DNA from: Octopus bimaculoides
Lineage: Eukaryota
Assembly: GCF_001194135.2 (NCBI RefSeq)
Contig: NC_068992.1
Location: forward strand, 57,512,751-57,552,864
Reading direction: 5' to 3'
DNA length: 40,114 bases
Part shown: piece by piece, positions 1 to 40,114 of the stretch
Layout of the letters: the number at the start of each line of letters is the position of its first letter
How positions within the stretch are numbered: the stretch's first letter is position 1
Notes under the pieces: model-generated
What the model saw: only the letters and a program-made list of their open reading frames with translations
Told to the model about the DNA's origin: nothing
Databases searched by the model: none
Program-made: the position numbers and the translations under genes

Positions 1-74
1 CCCCAGTGTTTCAAAGGCACTTAATTTATCAGCCCAAGGAGGAGGGGGGAGGGGAGGAGGGGAGGAGGGGGATT

Positions 75-292
75 CTTTCTATTGTAGTCACAAGGCTCGA
101 AATTTGGGAGAACAGTGTCTAGTTGTCTACATCAACCCAAGTGCTCAATAGGTACTTATTTTATCAACCTTAAAAGGATGAAAGTCAAAGTAGAACTTGG
201 TGGAATTTGAACACAGAACATAAAGAGCCAAAAGAAATGCCACTACTATGCATTTTGTTTGGTGTGGTAACAATTCTGCCAGCTCAGCACCA
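75..292 (-). mobile_element. tRNA-type SINE, family B (diverged); a fragment of another copy at 1-40
   Basis: Matches the 3650-3862 copy (cacaagg..., ggtactta.tttatc, aaaggatgaaa..caaagt, gaatttgaa.cagaac). Confidence 0.8.
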
Positions 293-559
293 TAAAATAT
301 TTTTTAAAAATAAAAACAAAGGAATTTTTGAATATTAATTGCTCTGCTCTTCTCATTCTTCTCAAACAAAAAATTTCTTTCCTTAAAAAAATAATGAATC
401 TACTCAGTTTCCTATTTTATCCAAAAATTATTATTAACTAGTAAAACATGCCCCATAACTTCAACATTTAACTCCTGCTACAAGCGGTTTTTGGGCCTGT
501 TACAATCTTACAGAATCATGAGGTCAAAGTTTAGTGAAGTTTCTCTGAAGTATATAAGC

Positions 560-818
560 AAAATGGTAAAGTTACCATCTTAAGTCATGCTGACTAATAA
601 GGGCTGATTTCCCGGTTTCATGGCATATGAATTCCCCACCTGGATGGGTCACTGGTCCATTGCAAAATCACTCATTTTTGTCAGCTGAGTGGACTGGAAC
701 AACGTGAAATGAAGTGTTTTGCTCAAGAACACAATGCGTTGCTCAGTCAAGAAATCAAAACCACAATTTTACATTCATGAGTCCAACATCGTAACCTCTA
801 AGCCATGTGCCTCCACGT
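560..818 (-). mobile_element. tRNA-type SINE, family F
   Basis: Similar to 10205-10451 (cagctgagtggactgga.caa.gtgaaatgaagtgttttgctcaagaacacaa); tRNA-like head on the minus strand. Confidence 0.8.
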
Positions 819-929
819 GTACAACACACTCCACCCACTGAACAGGAGCCCAGTGGGTTGCAGGGTAACAAAAAGCAAATGTGCTACTGGAACTCATTTT
901 CAAACATGTAAACTGAAATAATATGAAAT

Positions 930-1211
930 GGAGGGTTTTCGAGCGAGATCGTTGCCAGTGTCCCTGGACTGGCTCTTGTGCAGGTGGCACATAAAAGACA
1001 CCATTTCGAGCGTGGCCGTTTTCGTGCGGGTGACACGTAAAAGCACCCACTACATTCTCTGAGTGGTTGGCGTTAGGAAGGGCATCCAGCTGTAGAAACT
1101 CTGCCAAATTAGATTGGAGCCTGGTGTAGCCATCCGGCTGCACCAGTCCTCAGTCAAATCGTCCAACCCATGCTAGCATGGAAAGCGGATGTTAAACGAT
1201 GATGATGATGA
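930..1211 (+). mobile_element. RTE-clade LINE 3' end (family D) with (GAT)n tail
   Basis: Near identical to the sequence following the RTE-like ORF at 32776-33591. Confidence 0.88.
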
Positions 1212-1649
1212 AGCATTTTGCTCAAAAGTAAAATGCACTACTTCGTCTGGGAACTGAAACCACAACCTTACAGTCAGGAGTCCCATACTCTAGCCACCAG
1301 GCCATGTGAGCCCACACTGCAGCAAGCACTCTAAGGACAATGATATGACTATGAATCCCATCCAGTCAGATTAGCATTGATGGTAGGCTTATGTCTGCTA
1401 CCACCACCTGGCCATTGGATACTTTTTAGCAAAGCCCAACCAGTTGCAAGATTCTGGACCAAGTCTCTAGCCTGGGGTTGAGTTCCCTCTTTCCTTCCAA
1501 CAATCTCGGAGATCATGATAGAAAACCATAAGTGCAACCAAAAGCTTGTGAGAGGATTTGGTAGTCAGAAAATTAACAAGAGTCTGCCATATTCTTTTGT
1601 GTGTGTGTGTGCATGTGTATGAATGCATACATGCCTGCCCTCATCTAGA

Positions 1650-1870
1650 CATCATGTGATGGTTGTTAATGAGTGTCGTTGACATGCAAGCAATGCTGTT
1701 TGTTTCATGTATTCTGTGGGAAGCATGTGTGGCACTGGGGAAATATTATCTTGCTTGGAAACAGGTGACGTTTAGTGACAAGAAGGGCATCTGGCTGTAG
1801 ATAATTTACCTCATTAAACTTCACCTGATCCATGCAAGCATAAAAAAGTGGATATTAAATGATGATGATG
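1650..1870 (+). mobile_element. Family C retroelement with RTE-like 3' tail
   Basis: ggggaaatatt..cttgcttggaaacaggtga...aagggcatc.ggctgtaga...ccatgcaagcat...(GAT)n, shared with the 11135, 24120, 31498 and 32112 copies. Confidence 0.75.
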
Positions 1871-2185
1871 GAGAAAGAAAGGAGAAAACCACAACTTACT
1901 ACCTTAAAAAATGGGGAGTGATCAACACATCAGACAATAGTAGTCCTTGATGCACAAAAGCAATAATAACAGCCATGGTTAGAACACCTTTGATCACAGG
2001 TCTACTGTGTCACAGCTGATCCAAGGGCTAAACAACAACAACAACAACACAATAAAAGAAGGCAAAATAAAACAAAAAGCAAACTAACAAACAAACAACA
2101 AAAGTCTTGTGTTTAAGATGAGAAGATGAAATGTGAAGTAAAAATGTAGAGAATTCAGATTGTTACAAGGAGTTTCAGAACTTAC

Positions 2186-37651
<35,466 letters not shown>

Positions 37652-38205
37652 CTTTAAAAATGCAACGTATACTAATTATTTAATTGAAAGTCAATTAGAT
37701 AAATAAATAGATAATTCATTGAAAAAATGAGAAAATGAGCTTTAAAAGTTAGTTCAAAAAACAAATTTGTTAAAATCATAACCAGATATCTAACTGGAGA
37801 ATGAAGAATATGTACAATTAAAACATTTATATTAAGTGTGTAATAGACATCCAGCGCTAGTTTAGGGAGTGAAAGCTAACGAGCCTAACTCAATCTTACT
37901 TGAAGCAGAAATAAATGACATCAACAACTAGAAATGTAAAACTTTGAAAATTTATTCAAATATATTATTCACCACAATCTTAAATTCCTCCCCATCAAAT
38001 TTTCCAATCAATTCAAAGATGTTTCTAGCAAACAGCAATCAAGAACAAAATAACAGATGACCTGAATAGACAACTTCTACATGAAGTGTCACACTCTGCT
38101 AAAAATAGCAACCAAGTGTCCTTCAAATACAGAAAAGATACATTGGCTAAAATAGTCTAAAATGCCACTAAAAAGACGAAACTTCGTTCTTTCATCTCCT
38201 CGTCA

Positions 38206-38381
38206 TAACCGTTTTAGTTTCAGATTATTCCGTCAAATATAATGTTTATTTTCAAATTATTTTGAATTAATCATGCATTATCTTGTAGCTTTGAGATTTC
38301 AATGATGTGATTGTTCACTTTTACAATGACATTGCAGGGTCAGTGTAAGAGGCCAAATCTGGCCAGTTTAAATGCTAAATT
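38206..38381 (+). mobile_element. piggyBac-like MITE, same family as 26631-26850 (diverged)
   Basis: taaccgttttagtttcagattattccgtcaaat...aatgacattg...ggccaaatctggccagtttaaatgctaaa. Confidence 0.65.
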
Positions 38382-38795
38382 GTTCAAGTTAATGATCATC
38401 CCCTCAAAACATGATTTAAAGGATAGAAGACTTACAATGAACTTGGACTGAAAGTCTTTCATTTTTGTAATTCAGAATTATATACACTCACCCATTCTAC
38501 ATTTGCATATACTACTTATACTATTACTATCGTTATTATCAATACAACAACAACTAAGACAACCACTGATTGTGATTGGAATGTCTGTGATCACAATTCT
38601 GGCCCAATTAGGACTGACCTTGGGCTATACGACACCAACAACAACAACATTACCAATGAAAGAATCTATTGAAATTTTGATACAAACTTTTGATTATTGC
38701 AATTAATACTACAGGAAAAAGTTTACAAAACAGCTGTAATCATATGGAAAATCTATCTTCACCTCACACACTAACTGACTTTACACTTAATATAT

Positions 38796-38837
<42 letters not shown>

Positions 38838-39224
38838 CTTGCCTCCAAGTGTTCATATGTAAATTAAAATGTATCATCAGTTGATTTACAGAAACTTTTA
38901 CTATTTCTTAATTATTTTCAAAATTTCTAACAATAAGGACATAACACTACTGCAATAGAAATACTATAAAAGAGATGATTACACAACTACTATGTACAAT
39001 CTATTTGTTGATAGAGCTATGTGCTCTACATCATGATGTTGGTAGCTGTGAGACTTGAACGTGTAATAATATGACTGCTAGTTTATATTCTTAATTTCAC
39101 AGCCCACTGGGCCTAATTTTCTCCATTTAATGCTAGCTGAAACATCCTTTTATTTTTTTTTTTTAATCTACTCTAGTTAGAGAGATTTGTAAAATCAGCC
39201 TATTACTTGGATTAACTCTATTTA

Positions 39225-39432
39225 CTGCATTTGATGGCATAAAAGATGCACATGCATATTAGATGCACCCTAATTTCAGCAGAGAATATTCAGAAAGAAA
39301 AAAAGATAAAATTAATGCATTGAAGTATGTAATATAAGCCCAACTTTGCATATAAGAACAAGGGTTAATTTTTGAGACATTCTTTTTGGGGGAAAAAATG
39401 TGTTAGTGTGTCTCATATACCATCAAATATTG
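39225..39432. mobile_element. Decayed Tc2/pogo-type MITE with TA target-site duplication
   Basis: TA|CTGCATTTGATGGCATAAAAGA ... TCTCATATACCATCAAATATTG|TA; the ends share an inverted ATTTGATGG.ATA core. Confidence 0.65.
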
Positions 39433-39967
39433 TAATTGCTCAACTATACTGAAAGGAGGTTATACCCATCTTGACACAGTTCTACAAATACACCTGGTTA
39501 ACAACTGACCGTAATTAATAAAAGCTCTACAAATAGATAATTAAACTCAAAATGAATGGGTCATTCTAACACTGAAATTATTCTTTATAGTTTCCTAACT
39601 GCTCCGTTTGTCTTCTTTTATGCTACTCTGATACATTTTNNNNNNNNNNCTTCTTTTATGCTACTCTGATACATTTTTTTTTTAAAGACAAGAAAAAAAT
39701 AATTGAAAAAAAAAAAAAAACTCAAACCACACCATTTACAATAAGAAAGTGAAATAACAATAACGATAACAACAACAGCAGACATGATCAACAACAGCAA
39801 GACCAACAATTCTTTTCATACAAAGTGATGCAAAAGTAAGGAACAACAAGAGACCATGCAAAACTGGAAGCTTGGCATTAAACACAAATAAGCCAAAATG
39901 TAAAAAGGAATAAAATAACACAGAAGAAAGATAAGAATGCCTATCATATCATTGATGAGACAGATAA

Positions 39968-40114
39968 AGATATATATATATATATACACATATATATATA
40001 CACATATATATATATATACACATATATATATACACATATATATATACACATATATATATATATATACACATATATATATATACACATATATATATATACA
40101 CATATATATATATA
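39968..40114. repeat. (TA)nCACA compound microsatellite
   Basis: Directly visible. Confidence 0.95.

Noticed and set aside
39610-39680. 27-bp duplication TTCTTTTATGCTACTCTGATACATTTT on both sides of a 10-N gap
   Set aside because: Typical unmerged contig overlap, i.e. an assembly artefact.

Overview
AT-rich, microsatellite-dense, gapped animal genomic DNA. The repeat landscape looks like an octopus or other coleoid cephalopod (inference; no database check was possible). The window holds the 3' part of one minus-strand gene, an unconventional myosin IX (MYO9-like). I reconstructed 11 exons by hand from 37651 down to 2186, all with GT/AG boundaries and a continuous reading frame. They encode a basic/low-complexity tail, the conserved pre-C1 region, a C1 zinc finger and almost the whole RhoGAP domain with its arginine finger. 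The motor domain and final exons lie outside the window. A 25.7-kb intron (11803-37476) contains a credible 84-nt frame-preserving cassette exon and several frame-breaking microexon-like sites. The introns also hold a ~190-bp 18S rRNA fragment, several tRNA-type SINE families, RTE LINE 3' ends, a Dong/R4-type LINE remnant, a Helentron-like non-autonomous element, hAT, piggyBac and Tc/mariner MITEs, and minisatellites. Most ORFs in the supplied track come from simple repeats or N gaps. I found no convincing new multi-gene system. The best leads are unannotated alternative splicing of Myo9 and inverted repeats that could form dsRNA or circRNA. Family letters A-H are my own labels, and repeat boundaries are approximate.
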